From assembly GCA_002321895.1 (NCBI GenBank), contig DCMZ01000017.1:130220-194219 (forward strand): DNA of 64,000 nt. The letters run 5' to 3'. The DNA is from Bdellovibrionaceae bacterium UBA1609. GTDB taxonomy: Bacteria > Bdellovibrionota > Bdellovibrionia > Bdellovibrionales > UBA1609. Under the pieces are notes generated by a model. That model ran no database searches. It saw only the letters and a list, made by a program, of their open reading frames with translations, and was not told the origin of the DNA. This document shows positions 9,847-18,941 of this stretch, piece by piece; position 1 is the first letter of the stretch, and each line of letters begins with the position of its first letter. A program made the translations under genes and the position numbers.

Positions 9847-10997
9847 AAAAGAAGCTGTTACTCCTTAATGGTTCTCACTCGGAACTCACGCTCATTCAAA
9901 AAGCGATGGAATTGGGGCTAGAGGTAATTACCACCGGCAACGCACCTGATCTCATTGGCCATAAGTTGGCTGATAGGTACATCGCAGCCGATTACACCGA
10001 CAGATCTGCCATTTTAAAAATTGCAAAACAGGAGTCGATCGACTTTATATGCTCCTGCGCCAATGACGGTGGAGCGATCACCGCTTCCTATGTAGCTCAT
10101 GAGTTGGGCCTCCCAGGACATGATGATCCTGAAGTTTGCGAACTCATTCATTTAAAAGATAAATTTAAAAAGTGGGCCTTGGATCAAGGCCTCCCTACAT
10201 CGCCCCTCTTTTCCCCCGAAGAGTCAGCCAACCACCTCCCAGTCATTGTAAAACCAACGGATCTCACTGGTGGAAAGGGTATTAGTGTGGTTCGATCGTC
10301 CTCGGAGCTCAAGTACGCCATTGAACTGGCTAAGAAGGCGTCCCCTTCTAATAGCTATATCGTAGAGAAATTTGTTGAAGGCACTCTCCATTCTTTTTCC
10401 ACCATCGTAAGCCGTCAAACAGTTGTGGCTACACATAGTGATAATGAATTTAGCACCATCAATCCGTTTACGGTTTCAGCTTCCTACAGCCCAGCCCCAC
10501 ATTTAAAGCCAATCAAGAGCTCACTGGTGGAACTGACGGAGTCCATTGCCAAAAATCTTAAGCTGGAGGATGGCATTGTTCATTACCAGTATCTATGGGA
10601 TGGGAAACAATATTGGATTATAGAGATCACACGTCGATGCTCGGGAGACCTCTATCCGGCACCCGCATCTTTGGCTATACAACGTTCTTGGGAGGAAGCC
10701 ATTCTACTCGCCTGCATGGGCCAGCCATTAGACTTCTTATCAGGTGCCGAACAAGAAGGAAATTTTGGTCGAGTGTGTTTTATGGCTCATAAAAATGGTG
10801 AGATTAAAGACTTTAAAATCCATCCTCTTTTAGAGAAAAATGTTGTCGAAACCGTATTTGCCCGCCCCGTAGGCTATTCAATTTCTAATTTCAAAATAGA
10901 AAAATTAGGCGTAGCTATTCTAAAGTTTAGGGATAAACAGGAAGCTGAAGAGAAAGCCAAGTTTATAGACGAATGGACTCAAGTCGTTGTAGACTAG
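9843..10997 (+). CDS. ATP-grasp ligase
   Basis: I prefer the start at ATG 9843 (MKKKLLLLNG), which gives an ATGA overlap with the ALDH stop. It has a pre-ATP-grasp Rossmann-like N-terminus, then KDKFKKWA...VIVKPTDLTGGKGISVV. Confidence 0.7.
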   Translation: MKKKLLLLNGSHSELTLIQKAMELGLEVITTGNAPDLIGHKLADRYIAADYTDRSAILKIAKQESIDFICSCANDGGAITASYVAHELGLPGHDDPEVCELIHLKDKFKKWALDQGLPTSPLFSPEESANHLPVIVKPTDLTGGKGISVVRSSSELKYAIELAKKASPSNSYIVEKFVEGTLHSFSTIVSRQTVVATHSDNEFSTINPFTVSASYSPAPHLKPIKSSLVELTESIAKNLKLEDGIVHYQYLWDGKQYWIIEITRRCSGDLYPAPASLAIQRSWEEAILLACMGQPLDFLSGAEQEGNFGRVCFMAHKNGEIKDFKIHPLLEKNVVETVFARPVGYSISNFKIEKLGVAILKFRDKQEAEEKAKFIDEWTQVVVD

Positions 10998-11003
10998 CAC
11001 CCT

Positions 11004-11855
11004 ATGATGCGTTTACATCCGTGCTACAAAAAACTCGAACTCACTGATTTTGGCTATTGGATTCCCGAGCAGGCTAGCGAAGGTGAAGTGCACTACCCAG
11101 ATGAAGGCCATCAAACCGATATCGATTTTGAGTCCAAATCTTTTTGGTACAAACACAGAAATGACTGTATTGTCGCCGCTGCAAAAAATCACCCTCCCCG
11201 TGATGATGCCCCCGCTTTTGATTTAGGTGGAGGCAGCGGCTATGTCACCAAGGCCATTAATGATGCTGGTATACCAATGACACTCATAGAACCCAATCCA
11301 TTGGGGGCCAGCAAAGGGGTTCGCCGTGGACTACAGAATGTCATATGTTCTCGACTAGAAGATTGCCAAATTTCCAATGACTCTGTGGGAGGGTTTGGCC
11401 TGTATGATGTGGTAGAACACATCGAAGACGACAAAGCTTATATAGACATGCTCCATAAAAAGCTGATTGAAGGCGGCACCATTCACCTTACCGTTCCAGC
11501 CTATCAATGGCTTTGGTCCGCAGAAGATCAAACTGCCTTACATTTTCGCAGATACTCCCTAGAACAAGCGAAACAGCTATTTGATACCACTCAGTTTTCG
11601 ATAGATTATGCCTCCTACTTTTTTCAATGGTTGGTTCCTCCCATATACTTCATTCGATCTCTCCCCCATAAACTGGGTTTACAATCTAAAGAAAATGGCT
11701 ATAAATCAAATATGGATCATCACGAGTCCGGCGAAATGATGGTTAACAACATCATTGGCCACTTTAACTCAAGAGAAGTTAAAACCATTCAAAAAAATAA
11801 AACATTGAGTTTTGGTGCCAGCTGCATGGTGATCGCCAGAAAGACGGACCCATAG
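11004..11855 (+). CDS. class I SAM-dependent methyltransferase
   Basis: Motif I FDLGGGSGYV, then LYDVVEHIEDD and GGTIHLTVP (Methyltransf_11/23-like). Confidence 0.75.
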   Translation: MMRLHPCYKKLELTDFGYWIPEQASEGEVHYPDEGHQTDIDFESKSFWYKHRNDCIVAAAKNHPPRDDAPAFDLGGGSGYVTKAINDAGIPMTLIEPNPLGASKGVRRGLQNVICSRLEDCQISNDSVGGFGLYDVVEHIEDDKAYIDMLHKKLIEGGTIHLTVPAYQWLWSAEDQTALHFRRYSLEQAKQLFDTTQFSIDYASYFFQWLVPPIYFIRSLPHKLGLQSKENGYKSNMDHHESGEMMVNNIIGHFNSREVKTIQKNKTLSFGASCMVIARKTDP

Positions 11856-11874
11856 GGCCCTCTGACACATTCAC

Positions 11875-12534
11875 TTATTTTGATTTTAATTTGGCTTGAA
11901 GTAGCATCACTCCCACCAAAGATAATATGTAAATGGGCAAAATATGCCAAACTAACTTGATGGCACCAGTGACCATAGGACAGTAAAACTGCAGCGCAAA
12001 AGAACCCATAGAAGTGGCCGCTAATATGCTAAAAAACAAAGCCATAGGTTTATTCATCACATAACCCTTGGTGACCATTCGATGAATAGATATCCCCACC
12101 GGAATGGCCGACAGAGTACTGACTGTCAAACAGGTGTATCCCAAAAACATGGTTTCCACAGCAAACTCAGGCAAAAGGAAACTATCCAACACTGTCATTC
12201 CCAAAACACTCCAAAGCAGAAGAGTCCCAAAACTCAACAACCTAGATAATGTCGGGTCAATGCCTGGTCTTGAGATCATCAAAGCCGTTAATCCTGCGGC
12301 TAAAGAAGATGACAGCAGCAGGGCCTGTTCAATAATAAACTTTGCATCCAAAACTCTCTCAACAGAAAAATCAAAGCCGGCGAAAATCAAACTCAACAAA
12401 CCAGCGACAGCCAAAGACGCCACTACAGATGGGACAAACCAACGCAAAATGGTGGGCCCAATGGGAGATAACACCTTCACAGGCTTCAACTGCGAAGATA
12501 AATCACTTATTAAATCAGCACGAGATTTTCCCAT
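11875..12534 (-). CDS. NrsF/DUF1109-type membrane anti-sigma factor
   Basis: 219 aa with six TM segments. The N-terminus is ADLISDLSSQLKPVK. It lies immediately downstream of, and abuts, the ECF sigma gene, as in the sigF-nrsF arrangement. Confidence 0.55.
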   Translation of the reverse strand: MGKSRADLISDLSSQLKPVKVLSPIGPTILRWFVPSVVASLAVAGLLSLIFAGFDFSVERVLDAKFIIEQALLLSSSLAAGLTALMISRPGIDPTLSRLLSFGTLLLWSVLGMTVLDSFLLPEFAVETMFLGYTCLTVSTLSAIPVGISIHRMVTKGYVMNKPMALFFSILAATSMGSFALQFYCPMVTGAIKLVWHILPIYILSLVGVMLLQAKLKSK

Positions 12535-13076
12535 TAAACTTCCAGCTCCTTAAAAATCACTTTGTACCCTCTATGGGCGGCCACCTTGACGGCCGAGACG
12601 GTCATATTCATCTCCGTGGCCGTCTCCTTTAAAGACTTACCGTCAAATTTAAGCAAAGTTACAATTTTTCTTTGATCTTCGGAAAGCTTGGACATGGCTC
12701 GATCCAAAGCCTGCAGGTCCAGAGCGCGGATTTCCGCATCCGCGGCCTGCTCTGGGATAGAGTCTGCATCTACCTGAATTTCCACACTTTTTTTAATTTT
12801 CCTGAGGTGATCGTTAAGCCGATTTCGCGCAATGGCATAGACCCAAGGTTCCACCGGATATTCCGAATTGTACGTGTGCAAAGCTTTATGAATATTAAGT
12901 AAGACATCCTGGACTAAGTCTTCGACCAAATCACTGGCTTTGAGACGCTTATACATAAACCTCTCAACCAATTGCCCCACCCGCTCAAGCATCTGCATAT
13001 AGGCCTGGCTATCTCCCGCCTGGGCTTTCACTATGAGCTGGGTCAGCTCACTTCGACTTGTATCTTTATCGCTCAA
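12534..13076 (-). CDS. ECF (group IV) sigma-70 family sigma factor
   Basis: Region 2 is DLVQDVLLNIHKAL...PWVYAIARNRLNDHLRK. Region 4 is QRKIVTLLKFDGKSLKETATEMNMTVSAVKVAAHRG. The track ORF extends to 13277. I prefer TTG 13076 (AGGAA 9-10 nt upstream), because the longer starts (13190, 13277) overlap the GNAT gene. Confidence 0.75.
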   Translation of the reverse strand: MSDKDTSRSELTQLIVKAQAGDSQAYMQMLERVGQLVERFMYKRLKASDLVEDLVQDVLLNIHKALHTYNSEYPVEPWVYAIARNRLNDHLRKIKKSVEIQVDADSIPEQAADAEIRALDLQALDRAMSKLSEDQRKIVTLLKFDGKSLKETATEMNMTVSAVKVAAHRGYKVIFKELEV

Positions 13077-13602
13077 AGCTTTGATTTCCTGAAAATGATT
13101 GATTCCAAAAATGGTACTGTAGCACCAATTCAAACCGTTCGCTATGAAGTGGTAAAGACATAAAACAATTTGGACCAAATTCAACCTCATGGTTGATCCA
13201 GTTTGAAGTTTGTTCAAATCCGAGGCGTTGGTAGAAACCCATGGTTTCTTGACGAGCAAGAGTCCACACAAAATCACGCCCCATCACTTCCCCTAATTTA
13301 ATGATTCTAGCCGTTAACTTATTAGCAATACCAAGTCCCCTATAATAGGGATCTACATAAACCCCTCTTAATCGAAATCCATTATCATGAGTGGCGAATC
13401 CACTGATCACACCAACGATACGCTGGCTTCGATCATCCACGGCTTTGAAGAAAAAGGGGTCAGCCAAAAGAAGCTTTTTATCGTATCCACCACCAAATCG
13501 AATAGGATTTGTCGGTTCAATGCCCGATTTACGGCCTTTCCAAAGATGGTTTGCCCAAATCGGGTAGACTTCGTCAAAATTTGTCGAACTAATGCGTACC
13601 AT
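13066..13602 (-). CDS. GNAT-family N-acetyltransferase
   Basis: Acetyl-CoA motif LRGVYVDPYYRGLGIANKL. 178 aa. Confidence 0.7.
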   Translation of the reverse strand: MVRISSTNFDEVYPIWANHLWKGRKSGIEPTNPIRFGGGYDKKLLLADPFFFKAVDDRSQRIVGVISGFATHDNGFRLRGVYVDPYYRGLGIANKLTARIIKLGEVMGRDFVWTLARQETMGFYQRLGFEQTSNWINHEVEFGPNCFMSLPLHSERFELVLQYHFWNQSFSGNQSFER

Positions 13603-13722
13603 AGTGGTAAAAATTGACCCATTCCTAGACTAAAATCAACGACCGTCTGTCTCGTTTGACAAAAAAAAGTCCAAATCCACCATATTGCTACCCACACCTC
13701 TAAAAACTGGTAACATATTGAC

Positions 13723-15087
13723 ATGGCTCATATTTTAAAAACACCAATGATATTCGTATTCCTATTTTTCTTGGCTGGGACTGCACCGCTGACGTCTTTT
13801 GGCCAAGATCTAGATGAACCTGCAGCGGCAGAAACCGTAGAGGGGGAGAACAACTCCTCTGAAAGTTCTGAAGAAGCTGATGGTGAAGCTGCAGAGGACT
13901 CTGCAAGCAATGAAGAGGCGGGCGCTGCCACAGAAGAGGCCAAAGCAGAACCTACTGGCCCCACTCCTATTGAGGTTCAGTGGTTCCGACCAACTCTCCA
14001 ACCGGGCAGCAAAAAGAACCGGAAATTGGTTAAACTGAGCGGAAAAGTGAATAAAGTTGCACGGGTTTATGTGGGTAAAAAGTCGATTCCCACTATTGTA
14101 AAAAAGCGGGTCCGCAAATTCCCCACCAAAAGAGCCTTCAAAGGTGCAAACAATCCCACCAAAAAAGGCTATGGAACCACCACTGACGAATATGGTTTTT
14201 TTGAATTAGAACTAGAGTTGCCTAGTTATCCCGTACAACTTCCCTTAAAAATTTACGGACAAGACAAAACCCGATCAAATGTTGTCTTAAAACTCTATGT
14301 CGACAAAGACGAACAAGATGTGATCGATCGGGACAAGGTCACTCCAAGACTTCGTCGGGACAAAACTCTTGGTTTATGGCTTGGTGTAGGAGCTAACTAT
14401 TTGCAGTACTCTCAGGATACGGATATTTCTGAGTTAGAATACTCTAGCTTTGCAGCACCCTCTTTCTTTGTAAAGGGTGAGTATACATTCAACCGCCAAT
14501 GGGCTTTGAGCATTGAGGCCTCTCACACCCCTGGTACCGCCGAGAATGATGACAACAATGCCTTTGTATCTTTAGATGAAGATTACAGCTGGACGATTAT
14601 TGATGTAAATGCCCATTACTTCCCAAGAAGTTGGGAGCAGAAAAAGTTTCTATTTGGAAAATATGCTGACTACGGTCTCCGGTTCGGTTTTCAACATCAA
14701 CTCGTTCCATTCATTGAAACCGCAGGAACCGTGGGTTCACTCAATGCCATTACCATTGAGCAAAAAGGAATCACCTATTTAACCGGTGGGGGATTTTTTA
14801 AAGCTTATGATAATTCAAATTGGGTTTATGAATTGTTCATGAGACTTCAAATCCCTGTTGCTGGACCTTCTGAGTTCACAGTTAAACCTAGCTTTGGATT
14901 TGATGGTTCTGTCGGCGCCTACTACCTGTACAATGCTAATCTTCGCTTCGGAATGTTTTGGTACGGACAGTATCAATCACTTGATTTCGAAGGATTGGAA
15001 GAAGAGTATTTTCCACCGGATGAAATCTCAGGTAACCAAGGTTTACTCTTCTCGAACATTGAGTTTCGAGTGGGATATGAGTTTTAG
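13723..15087 (+). CDS. secreted protein with acidic N-terminal region and probable C-terminal outer-membrane beta-barrel
   Basis: Signal peptide MIFVFLFFLAGTAPLTSFG. An E/A/S-rich acidic stretch (aa ~30-75). The C-terminal half has alternating aromatic/hydrophobic strands and ends in ...FRVGYEF (terminal Phe). Confidence 0.5.
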   Translation: MAHILKTPMIFVFLFFLAGTAPLTSFGQDLDEPAAAETVEGENNSSESSEEADGEAAEDSASNEEAGAATEEAKAEPTGPTPIEVQWFRPTLQPGSKKNRKLVKLSGKVNKVARVYVGKKSIPTIVKKRVRKFPTKRAFKGANNPTKKGYGTTTDEYGFFELELELPSYPVQLPLKIYGQDKTRSNVVLKLYVDKDEQDVIDRDKVTPRLRRDKTLGLWLGVGANYLQYSQDTDISELEYSSFAAPSFFVKGEYTFNRQWALSIEASHTPGTAENDDNNAFVSLDEDYSWTIIDVNAHYFPRSWEQKKFLFGKYADYGLRFGFQHQLVPFIETAGTVGSLNAITIEQKGITYLTGGGFFKAYDNSNWVYELFMRLQIPVAGPSEFTVKPSFGFDGSVGAYYLYNANLRFGMFWYGQYQSLDFEGLEEEYFPPDEISGNQGLLFSNIEFRVGYEF

Positions 15088-15109
15088 TTAGGCGTATCTC
15101 ACGCCTAAC
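15087..15109. terminator. hairpin filling the gap between two convergent stop codons
   Basis: GTTAGGCG-tatctca-CGCCTAAC (8-bp perfect stem) sits exactly between the TAG at 15085-87 and the stop at 15110-12. The U-tracts are weak. Confidence 0.4.
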
Positions 15110-18100
15110 CTATTTAAACTTCTTAAAGAAAGAACTGTGCAGTTGATAGAACTTCTTGTAGTTCTCTTCGGTTCTTAATAACTCCAAAGCCTCGCGCATA
15201 AACCGATCTTCTCTCTCAAGCATAGAAAGTCGTGCAGACTCCTCCAGCTCTGGAATAATTTGACTACGAGCTTTTGCTAAATCACTAATAAGTACAGATT
15301 CCATGGCAACTAAACGAGGAACGATCTCTTCATTCATCTTAAGCTTCTCATTAACAAAAGTGTTCACCTCAAGAATCCAATCCCCCTGATACACTTCATC
15401 CGTCACTTGATCAATGTAGCCCGTCGTATAGAGAACATTATCAGCATAGGTGGATTTAAACTCGGCAGTCATTTCAGGCCTAAACTTTCTAGCCTCTTCT
15501 CTCTCTGCAATCTTCTTCTTTGTATACTTCTCTTGAGCTGTCTCACCTGAGATGAGAGCTGCGAGTCCTCTATCCACCAAGTCAAACTTGACGGTAATAA
15601 AAATTAGAAATATCGCTAATCCTGTTCCTAAAATTATGGACGAAATTCGAATCAAATGCTTTTTATTCTCAACCACGCCTTGAACTGTAGTCTCCGCTAT
15701 CGATCGAATCTGTTCGGAGGTCTCTACGTCATCCGGTGTAATCACTTGGCGCAGAAAGCGATCCGTCCTCTGCAGGGCTCCTTCGCCAGCGTTTAAGCTC
15801 TCAAGCTCCTGCTCAACTAACGGCTTTAATGTGTCCAAAATTTGTCTTCTAACTACTTTAAATCTCTTTTCTTCCTCACGCCGAACCTTGTTCAGCTCAG
15901 ATTCTAACTCCGAAACCTTGTTCACGCGAATTTTGGTCAACTCTAGCTCAAGCTCTTGCTTTGCCTCTTTACGCTCTTGCTCGAGGATCCCCTCTAAACT
16001 GGATTCTTTTTTGACCATCTCTTGCTCTCGAGCCTCTAACTCTCCTGTCAGTCTCTCGGCAGCTTCTTCCAGCTCTTCCCTTCTAGCTATCAGCTCCTGT
16101 ATCTTAGAACTCTCATTTTCCGATTCTTTATTCAGTCTCTGTAAATCTAGCTGATGTCTTTCTACATCCACTCGATACTGCTGCTCTTCGTTTTTAGTTT
16201 CTTCTAGCACTATTTTGTTTTGATCAAGTGCCTCTTGTAGGCTCTTATATTCCTTTTCTAAATCCAGTTTTTTAATTTCTATTTTCTTTTGTTCTGCCAA
16301 CAATTCGCTTTTTTTAACATTATGCTGGGCATCCAGAGCTTTCATTTTGTCTGCGACTTCAGTTTTATATGCCTTTAACGAACTCGCCGACTCATCCTTT
16401 TCACGCTCAAAAGCCAATCTTTGAGAATCCAATTTGTGGATTTCGGACCGTAACCCTTGAACCGTCGCTTCTGATTGTTCTGTTGCCTTTCCTAGCTTTT
16501 CTAAATTTTTAAACCCATCATCTAACTCCAGTTCGAGCTGACTTTTCTCTTTTTTGAATTGCTGAATTTCAGCTTCTAAAGATTGATAGCGCTCCCTAGC
16601 ATCTTTAAACTCTCTATCTAGATGATCCTGTTTTGCTTGAAATTCTCTTTCAAGCATTTCTTCTTTACTCTCTTTATGTTTATCCAACTGCTGAATATCA
16701 ATTTCAACTTGATGCATTTGGTTTTTTAAACCATTCAACTCTGCTTCTAGTTTTGTGCGATAGCTAGTGACTTCTGTCTTTACGTATTCGCTTTGGTTTC
16801 TCACTTTTTCTTCAATTTCTAAATTGATATGTTCTAACTCATTATTCAGAGCGAATTTCTTTTTCTCGATTTCTTCTTCGAAATCCTCTAGATGTTTCTG
16901 CAGAAGAACTCTTTCAGATTCCAATTCTTCTTTTTCTGCTTCAAAGCTCTTTTCTATTTCTTTTCTCGAACTAGCGACTAAACTATTAAATGATTCAAAA
17001 TCGAGCTCTGTCTGGCTACGCTTCCCCTGCAGATCCGACTTAAACATCTCGAAATCATTCTCTAGATCTATTTTTTCTGATTTAATATTTTCAATTTCAT
17101 CCAAAAGAGAAGATTTCTCTCCCTGCAACTCTTCGAGCTTGTGGTTGAGTTTTGCCATTTCGGTATTGATCGCGCTCACCTTATCATCATGTTGCTCAAT
17201 GATCTGCTCTTTAAGTTCTAATTCATTACCCTTTTCTTCGATCTCTCTATGTAATTCCTCTAGCTGATGGGTTGCTGAAGCACGATTATCTTCTAATTCT
17301 TTAATATCGCCTTTAACTTTCTCTTCTGACGATTTAAGTATATTTAGTTCATTAATTTTATTGTTGTATTCCTGATTGGCTTCACCGATTTCCTTCTTTT
17401 TTCCTTCAACAGTTCTTAAAATCCCTTTTAGATTCTCTTCCTGCTCTAGAATTCCACTCTTACGAATAGCTAGCTCATCCTCTAATTCATCTAACTTTTC
17501 AGTTAGACCCTTCATTCGGATAACAAGTTGAGATCTTTGCTTTTCCTGATCCCTATCATATTGGGCCAATTCATTCTTCTTGGTTACAACCAGCTGATTA
17601 AATTCATCGAACTGATGTTTTGCCTTCTCATGATCTAAATCTAACTGTTTATGTTGCTCTAAGATCTTCTCGTTAGCTCCAACGTAATATTGGAAAGTAT
17701 CTATCTGTTGGTTGAGCTCTTTTGTCTGCGAGGCTATTTCACTAGTGATTTCTTGAAGCGCTGCCTTATTTTCAGTGAGAACTTTAGTTTGGATAGTAAT
17801 ATCACCTTGAAGAACGGAAAGCTTTTCTCTGGCTTTATCAGCCTCCTCTAAGGCTTCCTTTTCATCACCAAGATGCTTTTTTCTCCTTTCATCAAGCTCT
17901 CTGATAGCTTCATGAGTTTCATTCCTAAAGGTTTCTAACTGACTGTCCAAACTCTCTTTTTCAGCCTGGGCAGACTCCCTGTCCGTCTCCAACTGAAGTT
18001 TGGTATTCTCAATGTTATTTTGCAAATCAACAATTGTTGATTTGTGTGACTTAATTTCCTCTAAGACTTTATTTTTATCTTCGATGACCTTTTTCTTCTC

Positions 18101-18925
18101 TTCATAGAGAACTTGAATCTTCTCTTTTTCGTTCTCCTGGTCCTTTTGAAGATGATCAATGTCATTTTCTAACTCTTTAGATTTATTCTGGTAAGCAATA
18201 ACAGCCGCTTCTAACTGTTCTAACTTAGAATTATTTTCCTTTAGTTTTTTCTCTAGGCCTTCACGAGCACGACTCAGATTATCCACCTGAATCTGAACAT
18301 TCTTTTTCTTGGTTTCCAAGCCCTTCAGTAATGCCTCAGCTCTTCGAATATCATGAAAAGCTTCCTTCTCTTCCTGTGACGCCAGACTATTAAAATTTTG
18401 CTCTTTCTTTACAGATCCTGGTGGATCCACCAAGGATGCATCTTCAAACGAAAGCCCATCATCATCCCGAGGCTCGATATAGCTTTCTTCCGTGTCATCA
18501 GAAACAGGCTCAACCAACTGAAGTTCCGCCTGATCCCCTCCCTCTTTCAAATTTGATTCTAAGCCATTCTCTGATGTGGACTGTGGACCGCCAATAGATA
18601 CTTTAAAATAATAAAGTTGAGGTCCACCAAAACCAATCTTATCTTCAGGCATAACTTCTTGCGGCTGCGAGGGCTCTATGCGCTTGCCATTCAGATAGGT
18701 TCCATTTGATGAATTCAAGTCCGTAACGTAGATCCGTCCGGAGATTTGCTCGATTTTAAAATGCTTTCGACTGAGCTCAGAGTGATTGAAAACTGCATTA
18801 GCACTAGACCCACGTCCAACCACGAAGGTGGACTCGTGCACTAAGCGCACTTCATCACTGGTGGGCATACAGTAAGTTATTTCAATAGGCAATGCACCTA
18901 GATCCCTGGTGGCAGCCTCGCTCAT
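15110..18925 (-). CDS. FHA-domain protein with ~800-aa coiled coil, one C-proximal TM helix and ~190-aa extracytoplasmic tail
   Basis: N-terminal FHA signature VVGRGSSANAVFNHSELSRKHFKIE...YVTDLNSSNGTYLNGKRI. Heptad-rich E/K/L/Q sequence runs from aa ~185 to ~1010. TM helix is LIRISSIILGTGLAIFLIFITV. Confidence 0.85.
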   Translation of the reverse strand: MSEAATRDLGALPIEITYCMPTSDEVRLVHESTFVVGRGSSANAVFNHSELSRKHFKIEQISGRIYVTDLNSSNGTYLNGKRIEPSQPQEVMPEDKIGFGGPQLYYFKVSIGGPQSTSENGLESNLKEGGDQAELQLVEPVSDDTEESYIEPRDDDGLSFEDASLVDPPGSVKKEQNFNSLASQEEKEAFHDIRRAEALLKGLETKKKNVQIQVDNLSRAREGLEKKLKENNSKLEQLEAAVIAYQNKSKELENDIDHLQKDQENEKEKIQVLYEEKKKVIEDKNKVLEEIKSHKSTIVDLQNNIENTKLQLETDRESAQAEKESLDSQLETFRNETHEAIRELDERRKKHLGDEKEALEEADKAREKLSVLQGDITIQTKVLTENKAALQEITSEIASQTKELNQQIDTFQYYVGANEKILEQHKQLDLDHEKAKHQFDEFNQLVVTKKNELAQYDRDQEKQRSQLVIRMKGLTEKLDELEDELAIRKSGILEQEENLKGILRTVEGKKKEIGEANQEYNNKINELNILKSSEEKVKGDIKELEDNRASATHQLEELHREIEEKGNELELKEQIIEQHDDKVSAINTEMAKLNHKLEELQGEKSSLLDEIENIKSEKIDLENDFEMFKSDLQGKRSQTELDFESFNSLVASSRKEIEKSFEAEKEELESERVLLQKHLEDFEEEIEKKKFALNNELEHINLEIEEKVRNQSEYVKTEVTSYRTKLEAELNGLKNQMHQVEIDIQQLDKHKESKEEMLEREFQAKQDHLDREFKDARERYQSLEAEIQQFKKEKSQLELELDDGFKNLEKLGKATEQSEATVQGLRSEIHKLDSQRLAFEREKDESASSLKAYKTEVADKMKALDAQHNVKKSELLAEQKKIEIKKLDLEKEYKSLQEALDQNKIVLEETKNEEQQYRVDVERHQLDLQRLNKESENESSKIQELIARREELEEAAERLTGELEAREQEMVKKESSLEGILEQERKEAKQELELELTKIRVNKVSELESELNKVRREEEKRFKVVRRQILDTLKPLVEQELESLNAGEGALQRTDRFLRQVITPDDVETSEQIRSIAETTVQGVVENKKHLIRISSIILGTGLAIFLIFITVKFDLVDRGLAALISGETAQEKYTKKKIAEREEARKFRPEMTAEFKSTYADNVLYTTGYIDQVTDEVYQGDWILEVNTFVNEKLKMNEEIVPRLVAMESVLISDLAKARSQIIPELEESARLSMLEREDRFMREALELLRTEENYKKFYQLHSSFFKKFK

Positions 18926-18941
18926 TTAAACCTCGATTACA

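Noticed and set aside
12104-12632. Plus-strand ORFs of 149 and 96 aa overlapping nrsF and the sigma gene
   Set aside because: They are antisense to well-supported minus-strand genes (TM-rich NrsF-like and ECF sigma) and carry no motifs.
13656-13686. Possible sigma-70 promoter TTGACA ... CATATT upstream of the OMP gene
   Set aside because: The spacing is 19 nt and the -10 element is weak (4/6). This is not enough to report as a feature.
15831-17267. Plus-strand ORFs of 107 and 166 aa (Ser/Leu/Phe-rich) inside the FHA coiled-coil gene
   Set aside because: They are the antisense reading of GAA/AAG/CTT-rich coiled-coil codons. They are low-complexity and lack RBS or motif support. The same applies to 20357-20891 and 29931-30598, which lie opposite the other coiled-coil genes.
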